NCBI GenBank assembly: GCA_013265495.1
Contig: MU058687.1
Coordinates: forward strand, 1,924,001-1,988,000
From: Vicugna vicugna
Lineage: Eukaryota
Length of the DNA: 64,000 nucleotides
Direction: 5' to 3'
Shown here piece after piece: positions 1-12,700 of the stretch; position 1 is the first letter of the stretch; each line of letters starts with the position of its first letter. A program made the translations under genes and the position numbers. The notes beneath the pieces are model-generated. The model had not been told where the DNA came from and did no database searches. It saw nothing but the letters and a program-made list of their open reading frames with translations.

Positions 1-600
1 ATATTTGGTTGCAGTGACAAATCCCAACTTAGAGAGAGAGAGCTAAGAAAAGGAGGATTTATCGACTCACATTACTGGAAAGGATTAGTATGGACCCAAG
101 AACTAAGGGTGGTCAGATCTTTGTTTCTCTCCATCCCTCTCTGTCTCATCTTCTTTCTCTCCAGCTTTCTCCATCTTCATTTCTCTTCACAGTTTCCTTA
201 ACCTCGCTCTTTCTTCTCTTTACGTGGTTTCTTCCATGTAGCAAGATCAGATGGAGAAGTATAATTTGAGCAGCAGCTCCAGCCTTATTCTTTCCATTTT
301 AATGACTGTAGAGTAAAGAGAACGCTTCTCTTTCTACATTAATATATATATAAATCCTAAGGAAGGGCAGTGATTGGCTTGGTTTGGATGACATGACCAC
401 CTCTTTAGGCAATTGCTGTGGGCAAGGGGTTGGGGACTTTGGCCGAGTCTGGATCATCTGCCAACTTTTGTGATCAAAGGGTGTAGGACCAACATTTGTA
501 GTCTGGCCATAATCACCTGATTGGAATAGAGGAGGTAGGAAGCAGTTTCCCAGAGGAAGTGAAGGGAGCTGATGGGAAGGGACAGATGCTAGGCAGACAG
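1..600. mobile_element. Degenerate MaLR (MLT1-like) LTR remnant
   Basis: MLT1-like motifs 'atttggttgcagtgacaaatcccaact', 'gattggcttggtttggatgacatgaccacctct' and 'cagatgctaggcagaca'. Recognised by eye, boundaries approximate. Confidence 0.5.
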
Positions 601-732
601 AAGCAATAGATTTCCCACTGCTTTCCACCCTTTTAAAATAGAGTACAGGAGACAAAGTATGCAGCAAATACTTCACATAATGCCTGGAGCAGAATAAGAG
701 ATAAATCAATATATACTATTATTGACTATCTT

Positions 733-1546
733 CTTTTTAATTGTGGCAAAATACACATAACATAAAATTTACCATTTTATGTGTTGTTTACCAGAAATTG
801 ACACATTGTAACTGGCTATACTTCATTAAAAATAAAATAAAAAGCCAACATGAAAGAAAAAAAATAACCATTTTAAGTGTTCAGTGAATTAAGTACATTC
901 ACATCAGTGTACAATCATCACCACCATCCATCTCTCGAACTTTTATCTTGCACAATTAAAACTCTGTAGCCATTAAACACTAACTCCTGTTCCCTCCAGC
1001 CCCCACTCTGGCAGCACCACTCTGTTTTTCTGTCTCCATGAATTTGTCTACTCTAGATACCGCACATAAGTAGAATCATGCAGTATGTGTCATTTTGTTA
1101 CTGGCTTATTTAACTCAACATAGTGTCCTCAAGGATCATCCATGTTGTAGTATGTATCAGAATACCTTCCTTTTTTAAGGCTGAATAATATTCCATTGTA
1201 TGTGTATACAACATTTTGTTTATCTAGTCAGCCATCGATGGATAGATACTTGGGTTGCTCTCACCTTTCAGTGGTGTGAATAATGCTGCTGTGAACATAG
1301 GTGTACAAATATCTGTTCAAGACTCTGCTTTCAGTTCTTTTGGGTGCATACCCAGAAGTGGAATTGCTGAATTTTATGGCAATTCTGTTTTTAGTTTTTA
1401 GAGGAACTGCCATACTGTTTTCCATAGGGCTACACCATTTTATATTCCTACAACAATGCACAACGTTTCCATTTCTCCATATCCTCCTTAACACTTGTTA
1501 TTTTCTGTTTTTTTGATAGTAGCCTCCTAATTGGTGTAAGGTGGTT
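733..1546 (-). mobile_element. Old L1 (L1MA/MB-like) 3' end fragment, antisense
   Basis: Typical reversed L1 3' text: 'ttgtggcaaaatacacataacataaaatttaccatttt', 'gctgaataatattccattgtatgtgtata', 'cccagaagtggaattgctg'. The ORF 1261..1494(-) resembles an L1 ORF2 C-terminal remnant. Confidence 0.75.
780..866 (+). mobile_element. Very short 5'-truncated L1 3' tip with A-rich tail, nested in the older L1
   Basis: 'accagaaattgacacattgtaactggctatacttcattaaaaataaaataaaaag...' interrupts the host L1. A closely similar sequence recurs at 26490-26540. Confidence 0.55.
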
Positions 1547-1681
1547 GTAAGCTCTGTTAAATTGAACCATGGTAACTGAGAATAATACAAGTGTCACTGA
1601 CGGAATTAGAGCACTCAGTGATGTGAATGAATGGGGCAGATAATACTGTTAGTGTTTTATTTTTATGAATTCATATTTAGA

Positions 1682-2940
1682 TTTTTTTCTTCAGGGTTTA
1701 TTGAGATATAACTAACATAGAGCCCTGTATAAGTTAAAGGTGTACAACATAATGATTTGACTTACCTATGAAATGATTATCACAATAACTTTAGGGAACA
1801 TTTATCATCTCATATAGATACAAAATTAAAGAAATAGAAAAAAATTTTTCTTGTAATGAGAACTCTCTTAACAACTTTCATTTGTAACATACAGCAGTCT
1901 TAACTATATCATGTTGTACATTATATCTCTAGTACTTATTTATCTTATAACTGGAAGTTTGTACCTTTTGACCACCTTCATCTAATGCCCCTGCCCCCAA
2001 CCTCCTGCCTCTGATAACCACAAATACGATCTCTCTCTTTTTTTTTAATGAGTTTGTTTGTTTTGAAGTATAACTGACCTACACTATGTCAGTTTCTGTT
2101 ACACAACATAGTGATTTGGTATTTCTACACATTTCAAAATGATCATCATGATAAGTCTAGTTGTAATAGGTCACCATGCAAAGATATTACATAGTTATTT
2201 ACTATATTCCCCACACTGTACATGACTATATATATAATATACATATAATAGTGTATATATATATATAGAAAATACATACATACATACACATGATTAAGTT
2301 ATTGGTCTGTTAAGTTCAAACACATTTTAACAACTCTGCATTTTTACCCTCTCCCCTTGTTTCCTTTTTCTGACATCATATTGTACATCTTTTTGTTTTG
2401 TGTAGCCCTTAACAACTTGTTGTGGATATAGATGGTTTTACTACTTTCGTCTTTTAAGCTTCCCGGTAGCTTTATACATGGCTGATTTACTGCCTTTCCT
2501 GTATATTTGCCTTTACCAATGAGATTTTCCTTTCGTAATTTTCATGTTTGTAGTTGTGGCCTTTTCTTTTTTGCTTAGAGAAATCCCTTTAACATTTCTT
2601 TTAAAGTTGGTTTGGTGGTTCTTTTAGCTTTTGCTTTTCTGTAAAAACTTGTGATCTCTTCATCGTATCTAAACAAAAGCCTTACCAGGTAGAGTAATCT
2701 TGGTTGTAGGTTTTTCCCTTCATCACTTTAAATATATCAGGATACTCCCTTCTGGCCTGCAGAGCTTCTGCTGAAAAGTCAGCTGATAGTGTTACGGAAG
2801 TTCCTTTCTATGTAACTTGTGCTTTTCCCTTGCTGTTTTTAACATTCTCTATCTTTAATTTTTGCCATTTTAATTCCATTGTGTCTTGGTGTGGTCTTCT
2901 TTGGGTTGATCCTGTTTGGGATTCTCTGTGCTTCCTATGT
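1682..2940 (-). mobile_element. L1 (L1MA-like) 3' UTR plus upstream fragment, antisense, with internal (TA)n at ~2227-2267
   Basis: 'ggtttattgagatataact...ggtgtacaacataatgatttgac' and 'cttataactggaagtttgtaccttttgaccacc'. The reverse complement matches the + strand copy at ~60795-61460. Confidence 0.7.
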
Positions 2941-3680
2941 AGTATTTTAAAAGTCGAATTTGAGATGATGACTGAACATCAAACTCAGAAAAGTCTTCTC
3001 AAAAGTCAAGAAGTCAGCACCAGATGTAGAGTTTAACAATCATCCTTATAGAACTACCAGTTAAAACTGTCCATGATAAATTCTGTGAGGGAAAGGATCT
3101 CAGAAAGAGCAATAAAATGCAAATGAGAAAAAGGAGCCAGTGAATGTATCCATGGAACCAGCCTTGAGAGGAGGCACCTGGATATTTCAGAATCTCAGAC
3201 AACCACATAGATCAAGAGAGTGGGAATGACTGATGAACTCAGATGCTAAAACAGATGATATTTAATTACCTATGAATAAGATTTTGTTAAATGTAGTCAT
3301 TTCCATAGGAATACTGCCCTGTAGAGCCCTTGACAATTTTTGGAATGTTTTCATATGGATTATCTCACAGCAATCCAGAGAAGTACACGAGTTATTATTC
3401 CTATATTATGAGAAAGAAACCGAAGCTCAGAGAGATTGTCATTTTCCTAAGGTTACTGCTGATACTCTCACTTTCCCAAGATGATCAGTTTTGAGGAAGC
3501 TGAAAGCAGAGTTCAGAGATGCCCGAGTCAGAGGAGGTGTGAGGTGTTCCCCACTGGTGCCTAGGCAGCTGGTCATCCCAGCACATGTGCCCTCCTTCAG
3601 TATCTCCTGGGAACACTGTCTACTAACCCCTCTCAGCTTCCTCTGAACTACTAAGGAATTTGATTGTCTAGACTCCGGAG

Positions 3681-4117
3681 CAGTGGTTTTTAACCTATAG
3701 GTCATGACCTACAAGTAGGTCATCAAATCAGTTTAGTCACAGCCAGACTCACGAGAGCCAGCGGTACATGCCTCTTCTCAGCCCTGCCTTCAGTAACTTC
3801 ACGTTGCTTACTTGAACTCAGCTGTGGTGGAAATCAGCCAACAACACAAAGTCGGGGCTTTGGTTTGCTTACTTTACCACAGAGATCCAGTTGTGAAACA
3901 TTTACTAGCATACCACTAGTTGTAACCGTCATCACTGACTCCCTCCCCCCACGGTGGAATGGAATGGAATAGAAAGAAAAATACCAGAGTCCTTCTATAA
4001 TGAAAGTACAAATTGTTTTGTGAGACTTTAAGTCATAAAGATATTTATGTGTGTGTTCATATGATATGTATTTTTTACCACATGTTGCAGTAAAAAAAAA
4101 AAGTTTGAAAGTCACTG
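3681..4117. mobile_element. hAT/Charlie-type non-autonomous DNA transposon remnant
   Basis: Imperfect terminal inverted repeats: cagtggtttttaacct (3681) and aagtttgaaagtcactg (ends 4117). No clean TSD remains. Confidence 0.5.
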
Positions 4118-7100
4118 GCTTAGGGTCCCTTCTTTTACTTTCCTCAGATAATTAAAAGTCTGCTATTCTCCTGATGCTTTGGCAAAGAACTGGTATCCAG
4201 TGCCCTTTTTTAATTAATGCCATATCTACTGTAGGAGGAATGAGACTGAACTTTCATCAGTCTAGAAATAAGTCTTCTAAATAGGAAAGATCCCTCTGTA
4301 CATCAGTTCTTTTGAACCCAAAGCTATATAAAAATTCATTCTTAAACCTCATTGAAGATTTTCACCAGTGAGCATGTATTTATCCTATAGACAGAAAATA
4401 ATAGTCATTATTAAATTTCAAAGATTAGAAGGCTGGTAAATTTTTCATTTCTAGAACTCTCCATAAAGAAATTAAATCTTTTCAGGAAGTAAAGAAACTT
4501 TTTGTGAAATAAGTTATTTTCCTTTTAATAATTTAGTGATTTATTTTATAAATCCAGATTTTATTTACATGTATATTTTATATAAACATATAAAAGATAT
4601 TATACTTAATCTTATACAAAAACATACATATCTCAAATGTGCTTAAGTGGATTGTGCTTCAAAACTAGATTGGTGTCAATAGATCATAGAATTAGATCCC
4701 AAGGACTTTGATTTAGTTCAGGCTTGCAATTTTTAAATTTTCATAAAGAGGAAGTTAATAAATATCCCCTTATGCAAACAAAAAAATAATAAGGCTCTCT
4801 GCAAATATGTTAAATGGTGTCTATCTCCATGAGGTTAAAAAAAGAAACCTTTTACTGAGTGATATCTGAAAGTCATTCAAATAGATTTATATCTTTCTAT
4901 TCCATGATGTAACTATCTTCTCATCTTTGGGTTTGTTGTGATAAGAAAATAAGCCAGAATAAGGCTATCATGGTTTTTACTGGATTATAAGAACTATATA
5001 TACTTTCAGAAATTAGTTGGGTACAGTTTTCTTAGAAGAATTACGCTTACATGTCTATGTGACTTTACAGTAGAATTCCTTAAAATAGCATTTTATTAAA
5101 ACTATTCAACACTCATTTGCAAGTAGGAAGTAAGTCTCCCCTATGAATGGATACTTGAGCCGCATCTAAGAGTTAAATAAGTGCCTATATTTTTCCTTAG
5201 CAATGAAGAAGTATTTTTAAGAAGGCATAAGAGCTCGATGGTGCTGCCGTGGTCGGTCAGCCCCTTCTCCCGTGTGACTGCATTTCAGAGTCACTCGGGG
5301 GCTGCCTCTGCTCTGAACAAACCCTTCGCAGCTGTGCCAGTGCCTTTGTGTCAACCAGGCAGGGTTTCATGAAATGGATCTGATGCTCATGTGCGTGTGT
5401 TGTTCATTCCTACATCCTAGAACTGTGCCCAGGAAGGTGAGGGGCCAGCAGGTTGGCCCTCACTCCCCAGCTGTCCCTTTCTTCTAATGTCACTCAGGAT
5501 ATAAATAAAGTGATTCATTCATTCTCTTTCTTCCCAAACCAGAATGCTGCCAGAGTGTACTACCAAGGCCACTCAGATCAGTTGGAAAGGCCCTAGGGAC
5601 AAATCTAAGAGGCACAGTTTTAAGTCTTTGCATTTAGGTAATTTTTAAAATTAGGTTTTAAATTTTATTTCTCTTAATCACTTCAGACCTTGGAGGAATA
5701 AAACTACCTCCAGTTACATGTTCGTGTTGTTTGAGGTCTGGGCTTTCTTTATTGGAGTGGAAGTCATGGTGGATTTCAGATGATCTCACTGGAAATGTGC
5801 ATCCCTTTCCTTCAGACAGCTGACAGGTGGTAGGAGCACTGGTCTGGAAGGTGGATTGCCACCTGTCATACCAGGCCTTTTGCTGTTTGCAGAAGTACAG
5901 TCTGTATTGTTAGTGGAAGTCTTTAACTTCTGGAGGAATGCTGCCATGCTATTGACCATTTTCCACATCAGCCAATGGAATATTTACCAAGCAGCCCCCA
6001 TGTAAATATTTACATGGCAATATGCTGGGAGCTCGGGGTCATGTGAAGATTTGTAAGACATGGTCTGTGCAGTTAAAAGAGTGTAGCGGGGGAAAGACGC
6101 ATGCAAGACGTAGTCCCCTCCCCTCACCCTACGTGCACCGAAAACAAAGCTTAAGAAACTGTGATTTAGGTGGTTTAGGAAAGTCCGTCCATCATTCTGC
6201 TGGCAGAATATATGCCTTAAAGTGAGCGTGGAGAGGGCATCTGCTGTGCCTTCTCCATCCCTAGGGGCCTCTCATGATGTAGTTCACCTTGGCCAGTGTC
6301 AGTCATGTATAAAAATATTTTTATTTGCTATGTTAAAGTAATACAAGGCAGTTACTTTAATCTGGTGCTGGGCTGGAATAAAAACTGGGTTTGCTGAACT
6401 CTCTAATAGTTGCCAAACTGGTATAATGTATTTCACAGGTGCTTTAAGATTTTTAAGAGTAATTCAGATGATATTTTTGTTTACATTGTTTACTGACTTT
6501 AGAACTAACCTAATAAGATGTAGCTTTATTTCTGATAAATGCCAAGTAAGTATATAGACAGACAATATGACCCATAGACATTTAACCAAAAAGCAAGAAA
6601 GAACTTCCAGGCTAGGACATCAAAGCAAAAAAGAAGATGGCTTAACTTCAATGGCTGGTTTTCAAAGTCCTAAAAAGAAAAGAGCTGGGCTGTGATCACG
6701 GCTACAGAAGCAATGGGGAGGACTATATGCCTAAGCTTACAGTAGGGCCAACTTGTGGTTATAAATGAGCAGGGGAGAGTCCCCTACTCCATCTCACTCA
6801 GCATCAAGCTTCAAGACAGGCTATTTCCTTTCAGTGCTTGAGTGGGTGGAGGTCAGATGAGAGGGGAGGTTTATTTCCGTTAACCTTTCAATGGAGAATA
6901 CAGTCCTTTGGGGTCCATCTTTATGTGAAAGGTCTCTAGTTAGACTCTCACTTTGAGATTTGCCTGCTGTCCTTTACACCTGCCGTGATTCTGGACTGGA
7001 GCTTCTTCGATCCCCACTCCTGCCTGGTGACCCAGTGCTTGGGTCATCAGGGCAGTAAAGGTCCACAGAACCACAATGTAACTTAATTCATATTCCCTAG

Positions 7101-8515
7101 GTGTCCCAAAGAACTTGAAACTGAGAATTTAGTTTAAGGCAGTCCTAAGCTAGTAGTGGTCCCAGGCACCCAATAGAATTAAATACATATTTTTTTCTGG
7201 AAAAATTTCCTTCAACTCAAATCTCAAATAACCCCACGGGTAAAGTTCTAAGAACTAAGAGATCACAGTTTAAAATTATAAAACAAATAAGGAAACAAGT
7301 CACCTTAAGCAAAAGCCAGCAAAAATAACAGATAACAGTATTTGGCCTGCAGAAACTAAGATATTGAAATTACCAGGGATAAATTTTTTTTAAAAATTCT
7401 CATATGTTTAGGGAAGTTAAAGGAGAGAGTAAAAGTATGAGTAAAACCAAGATATTAAAATTATGACCAAGCAGATTTGAAAAAAGAACTAAGTAGCACT
7501 TTCAGAATTGAAAAAAATTTAGTAATTAACATTTAAAAATCAACAGATGGGCTGAAATGCAGATTAGACCCAGCTGAAGAGCGATTTAATGAGAATGTAA
7601 AGGAATTACCTGAAATAAATACAGCACAGAAAGAAAAAGTGGTGGGAAACTGAGTGAGAAGCCCTGATAGATATCTAATTGGAGTTCTGGAAAGGAAAAT
7701 GAGACAGGAACAACATTTGAAGAGATAATAGCTAAAATTTTTCCAAAACTCATGAAAGATAGACAGATGGCAGTGAATCACAAAAAATCCACACCTAGAC
7801 ACACCATACTAAAACTTTAGAATATTAAAGACAAAGGAAAGATATGTAAAGCCGCTAGAGAGAAAAGAAGCCTTACCAAAGGAATGCCAGTTTGATGAAC
7901 AGCATATACTTCTCAACAGCAGTAGTGGAAACCAAAATAGAGCATAATGTTGCCATTGATGAAAGAAAGCAATTATAGAACCAGGAATGTATTTTAAGCT
8001 GTAATATCTTTCAAGGATGGGGATGAAATAAAGACACTTTTCAACACATAAACCCCAAAGAATTTGTCACTAGCAAATCTCCCCAAAAGGAAAGAATCTA
8101 GAGAATGTATTTCAAACAGAGGAAGGTGATACCAGAAAGAGGTCTGAGATGCAAGGAGGAATCATGAGCAAAGAATGTATAAAAATATCGGGAAATATAA
8201 ACATAACCTATGAAGTGATAATGTTCTTGTGAGGTTGAAAGGGGAGTGAAGAGGGAGTGAAAATATCCAACATCAGTGTCGTCTAAATTAAGGGCGGGGG
8301 TATGATCAGAGTTTAAGTCGTCTTACTTGATATTGTACAGTGAAAAGGTGACAATATTGATTAACTTCAACTTTACATAGTTAATGTTTACAGATGTGGA
8401 AATGAATAACTACTAAAGGATTAGAAATGCAAAACTTCTGAAGTAGTAGAGAAAATGAGATGAGAAAAATAATAAATCCATAAGGAGGAAAAGAAAGCAC
8501 AGACAAGGTGGAACA

Positions 8516-8621
8516 GGGCGTGGAGTGTATAGCTCAGTGGTAGAGCGCATGCTTAGCATACACAAGATTCTGGGTTCAATCACCAGTACCTCCATTTAAA
8601 AAAAAAAGAAATAGAAAAGAA
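8516..8621 (+). mobile_element. tRNA-Ala-derived SINE (camelid vic-1 type)
   Basis: tRNA-like body with A box 'tagctcagtgg' and B box 'gggttcaatc', then an A-rich tail. Perfect 11-bp TSD 'aaggtggaaca' at 8505-8515 and 8622-8632. Confidence 0.85.
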
Positions 8622-8734
8622 AAGGTGGAACAAACAGAAAGCACAACTTAAGACCATAGAAATAAATAAAAATATTAGTAATTACAAAAATGTGAGTAGA
8701 CTAAATATTCCAGTTAAAGTCAAAGACTGATTCA

Positions 8735-9350
8735 CTGGACTAATAATTACTGAGCATCTATGATGTGCTGGACACTACTGTAGGCACTGGGCACATAGCA
8801 CAGAGCAGTGAACAAAACAGCCAAAAATCCCTAATAGAAATGGACAGCAAACCAAATAAGTAACACAAATAGTACAATAGATAGTGGTGAGTGTTCTAGG
8901 GAAAAAGTAAAGCCATGAAAGAAGATCGAGAATGAGGAGAGTCGCATAGTAGTCAGGAAGAGTGCATCTGAGTAAAGACCAAAGGAGATGAGGGAATGAG
9001 CTGATGGCTATGAAGGGAAGGGAACTCCAGGCAGCAGGAACAGCATGAGCACATGCCTTGAAGGGGATCACAGCTGCTGTGTTTGGGAAATACAAGCAGG
9101 CCAGTGGGGCGCAGGGAAGGGAGTGAGGTGGAGAGTGGGAATAAACGGGCCTCAGGAGATGCTGAAGAGCCAGCTCATGAAGGACCCAGTGAGCAAGGAA
9201 AGGACTTGCACTTTCCGTCTGAGGGAATTGCTAAGCCATCAGGCAGTTCTGGGCAGCAGAGTGCCTGAGCTGATTTTGCATTTAATGGGACCTCTGACTG
9301 CTGCATCAGGTGGGGCAAGGTGGGAGCAGTAGAGATGGGGAGAAATGGTC
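8735..9350 (-). mobile_element. L2 LINE 3' fragment
   Basis: 'tactgagcatctatgatgtgctggacactactgtaggcactggg...cagtgaacaaaacag' and 'ccaggcagcaggaacagcatgagcacatgccttgaagg' are typical of reversed L2. Confidence 0.6.
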
Positions 9351-9612
9351 AACCAGAAAAGGAGCTATTGTTAGCCTAGATATTTTAAAATCCACATTTA
9401 GGCTGTTTAAGAGAGATATTATGTAAAACATAAGTATATAAAAAGGATGAAAAAAGAAGTTTGGAAAAAGGTATACCAGGAGGATGTAGTTAAATTCATC
9501 AGACAAAATAGATTTTAAGGCAAAAGCGTATCCAGAAATAAAGAGGGTCAATACATTATGGCTAAAAGTTCCAAAGATTCACCAGGGAAGTATTTTACCT
9601 TTACTTGTTGAC

Positions 9613-9776
9613 TTTTTTTTTTAAAGTTTTTTCTTGGCGGGGAGGTAATTAGATATGTATGTATGTATGTATGTATATATGTACGTATGTATGTATTTAT
9701 AATGGAGGTGCTGGGGATTGAACCCAGGACCTCATGCATGCTACATGTGCTCTACCACTGAGCTATACTCTCCCCT
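9613..9776 (-). mobile_element. tRNA-Ala-derived SINE (vic-1 type, longer form with a (TACA)n tail)
   Basis: Reverse complement reads ggggagagtatagctcagtggtagagcacatgtagcatgcatgaggtcctgggttcaatccccagcacctcc, then a (taca)n tract and A tail. Near-identical flanks cttgttgactt / cttgctgactt. Confidence 0.85.
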
Positions 9777-12700
9777 CTCTTGCTGACTTATTTTAACTAG
9801 TATGTTTCCTGATTGTTAAAATTGAATAAAATGAACATTTATAAAAAATATATATATTGGGCAAAAATTAACAACAGAACTATAAAAAAAAGAAAAAAAT
9901 CCACTTTCATATTGGAATGCTTTAATGTAACTCAGTAATTGGTAGGTCAAGCAGTCTGAAAATCAGTTACATTTTAGGAAACTTGAAGCACACAATTAAC
10001 AGATTTAATCTAATAGATATATAGAGAACATCACTCTAAATTAAGTACATAAAACACATTCTTTGCAAACGTCCATTTGCAGAAACTATGTACTAGACCT
10101 TAAGTCACATTTCAAAGGCCATATTTCCTGATCACAATGCCGTAACAGAAAGATAACTGGAAAATCCTTATGTGTTTAGAAATTAAGAAAGAGTTAATAA
10201 AATTATCCCAAAAAATGATATATTTAGAAAATACTATTTAGCAAAACCTGAGGAATTTTAAAAAGCAATATTAGAGGAAATTTTACACAGAGTACGGAAA
10301 GAGGAAAGACTAAAAGTTAATGTGCTGAGTATCTAGCTTAAGAAGTTAAAAAAAGAACAGCAAAATAAGTTCAAAGATAATAAAGATAAAGAGGAAACTA
10401 ATAAAATAGAAAATAAACATACAGTTGAGAGAAACGAATAGGGACATTATTATACACCCTGTAGAGATTAAACATCTGGTAGGAAGATATTATGAATAAC
10501 CTTATTCTGATACATTTTTAAAACTTTGGTGAGATGGATACAATTTTAGTATTTAACTTATAAAAATTTACTCAAGAATAAATATAAAACCCAAATACTT
10601 ATTTAATTATTAGGAAACTGAATCGAGAACAAAAATCTTCCTGCAAATGCAGCGCTAGGCTTTTATGGTTTTCCTGGACATCCAGGGATCAGATATGCCA
10701 ATCTTCTACAAACTATTCCAGAGTAGAGAAAAAGAGAGAACACTCCCTAACTCTTATTACTATCTTAATATCAAAATCTAACAAGGACAGGTCCCCCTCC
10801 AAAAGTTCTACAATTATTAAGATCTTCTTAATTGTGGATATAAATATAAAAAAGTCTGAATAGAACATTAGCAAACTGAGTCCAGCAATGTTAAAAAGAC
10901 GATACATCATGATAAAGTTAGGTCTATCCCAGAGAGTCAAGTATTATTTAATATTTGAAAATTGACTAATGTAATGTTCTGCAGTAACAGATTTATGGAG
11001 AAAAGATCATATGCTCTTCTCAATGGATACAGAATGAGCATTTGATAAAATTCAATATCCTTGTGACTTTAAAATAAATTCCTAGCTAACTAAAAATAGA
11101 AGGGAGCCTAATAATAGAATACCTCTACCAAAAAAAACTGACAGTAACCATCATTCTAATAGTTGGGAAACTTTGAAAGCATCCCCTTTAAGATGCAGAG
11201 CAAGACAAGGGTGCCCTTCACTTCTGTTGAGCGTTGTACTGGAAGTCCTGGTCAGTAAAGTAGAATAAGGAAAAGAAATGACCTGAGAATCAGAAATGAA
11301 GAAGCAAGTCTGTCCTTATTCTCAGATAATGTAAATATATTTATATTTATTCTGATTGGAAACCCAAAATGAATGTTCAAATAAATTACTAGCTTTATAA
11401 GAGTTTTCCAAAATGAATTACATTTCTGTACCTTAGCAACAAACACGTAGGGTATGTGATTATAGAAAAGATCTATAATCATTTAATTATATCAAAGTTA
11501 TAATCATTAAAGCATACAACATTCCTAGGGAAAAATCTAACAAAAGATATGTAAGACCTATTATTTTAAAAATTATAAAACCTATCGAGAGTCAATTAAA
11601 AAAACAAATTAATGGAGAGATATACATGTTCATAGATTAAAAATCAGCTTGGTAAATTGTCAGTTCTGCCCAAAATTGGTCTATAAATTGGAGAGGGTAT
11701 TAGTTGTTCATTTTTTTAAATTTGACGAGCTGAGTCTAAAATTTACATTGAAGAGGAAAGGGCCAAGAATAACCCTTGTCCTCCCAAAGAATGAGAATGA
11801 GAGTAAGAGGGCCATGTGTGACTTGTCTTACCAGATACCAAGAATTATTATCAAGATTATTATCAAGCTAAAGTAATTAAGAGAGTGTGGTGTTGGCACA
11901 GAATAGAGAAACCTGAAGCTGGTCTTCTATATGGAAACAGTATATGTCAGAGAGGTATTGCAGTTAAAGGAAGAAATAAATAATGCTAGGACAATTAGTT
12001 ATTGTGTGGGAAAAAAGGAAAAATCTGTGCTTCATACGTACGCAGTTTTAGGTTGGATTAAAGGCTTAAATATAAAAGACAAAAGTGCCCATCTTCTATA
12101 AGACATTATCGGACCATATATTAGGACTGTAATGTAAGGGGAAGATTTCCTCAATTAGACTTAAAAAATACAGACTAGAAAGGTGAAAACTGATCAGTTT
12201 GACTTTGTTCCAATTAAGAACGTCTAAGACACCATAAAGATCTTGTGGGGTTTTTGTTTTGTTTTCCTTTTATCCTTAAGTCCTTATCTATTAGAGATGC
12301 ATTCTAAAGTATTTATGGGTGAAATGATGTGTTATCTTGGGTTTGCTTTGAAGTATTCCAGGAAGAAAACGTGGGGAAAGAAATGAAACACAAATTATAG
12401 GACATCAATAATTATCAAAGCTAGAGGGTGGGAGGATGGAGGTGTCTTATATTATTCTAGTTTTTGTGTATGTTTGACATTTTTTTCTTTTAAAACGTTT
12501 TTCAAAGAAACCATCTACTTTTATGGTGACTGCCCTGGATTTTCTAATACTGTCCTAATATTTTTGAAAACTCATTTTTCTGAAAAGTTCCCTTGTTAAC
12601 GTATATCTAAATGCAATCTAACTTTTATCTCTGAGTAGGACTTTCCTTATAAATTCATAAATCATGAAGCATCCTCTTTAAAAACAGATACCCTACAGAG

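Noticed and set aside
771..875. 'accatttta' direct repeat as the TSD of the 780-866 insertion
   Set aside because: The host L1 consensus, as I recall it, already has this motif twice in tandem, so it is not reliable TSD evidence.
1261..1516. Overlapping ORFs 1261..1494(-) and 1301..1516(+)
   Set aside because: Both lie inside an L1 3' remnant and are typical repeat-derived pseudo-ORFs.
8516..8595. tRNA-Ala(AGC) gene
   Set aside because: Stems are mismatched and it has an A-rich tail and an 11-bp TSD, so it is a tRNA-derived SINE. The same applies to 9700-9776.
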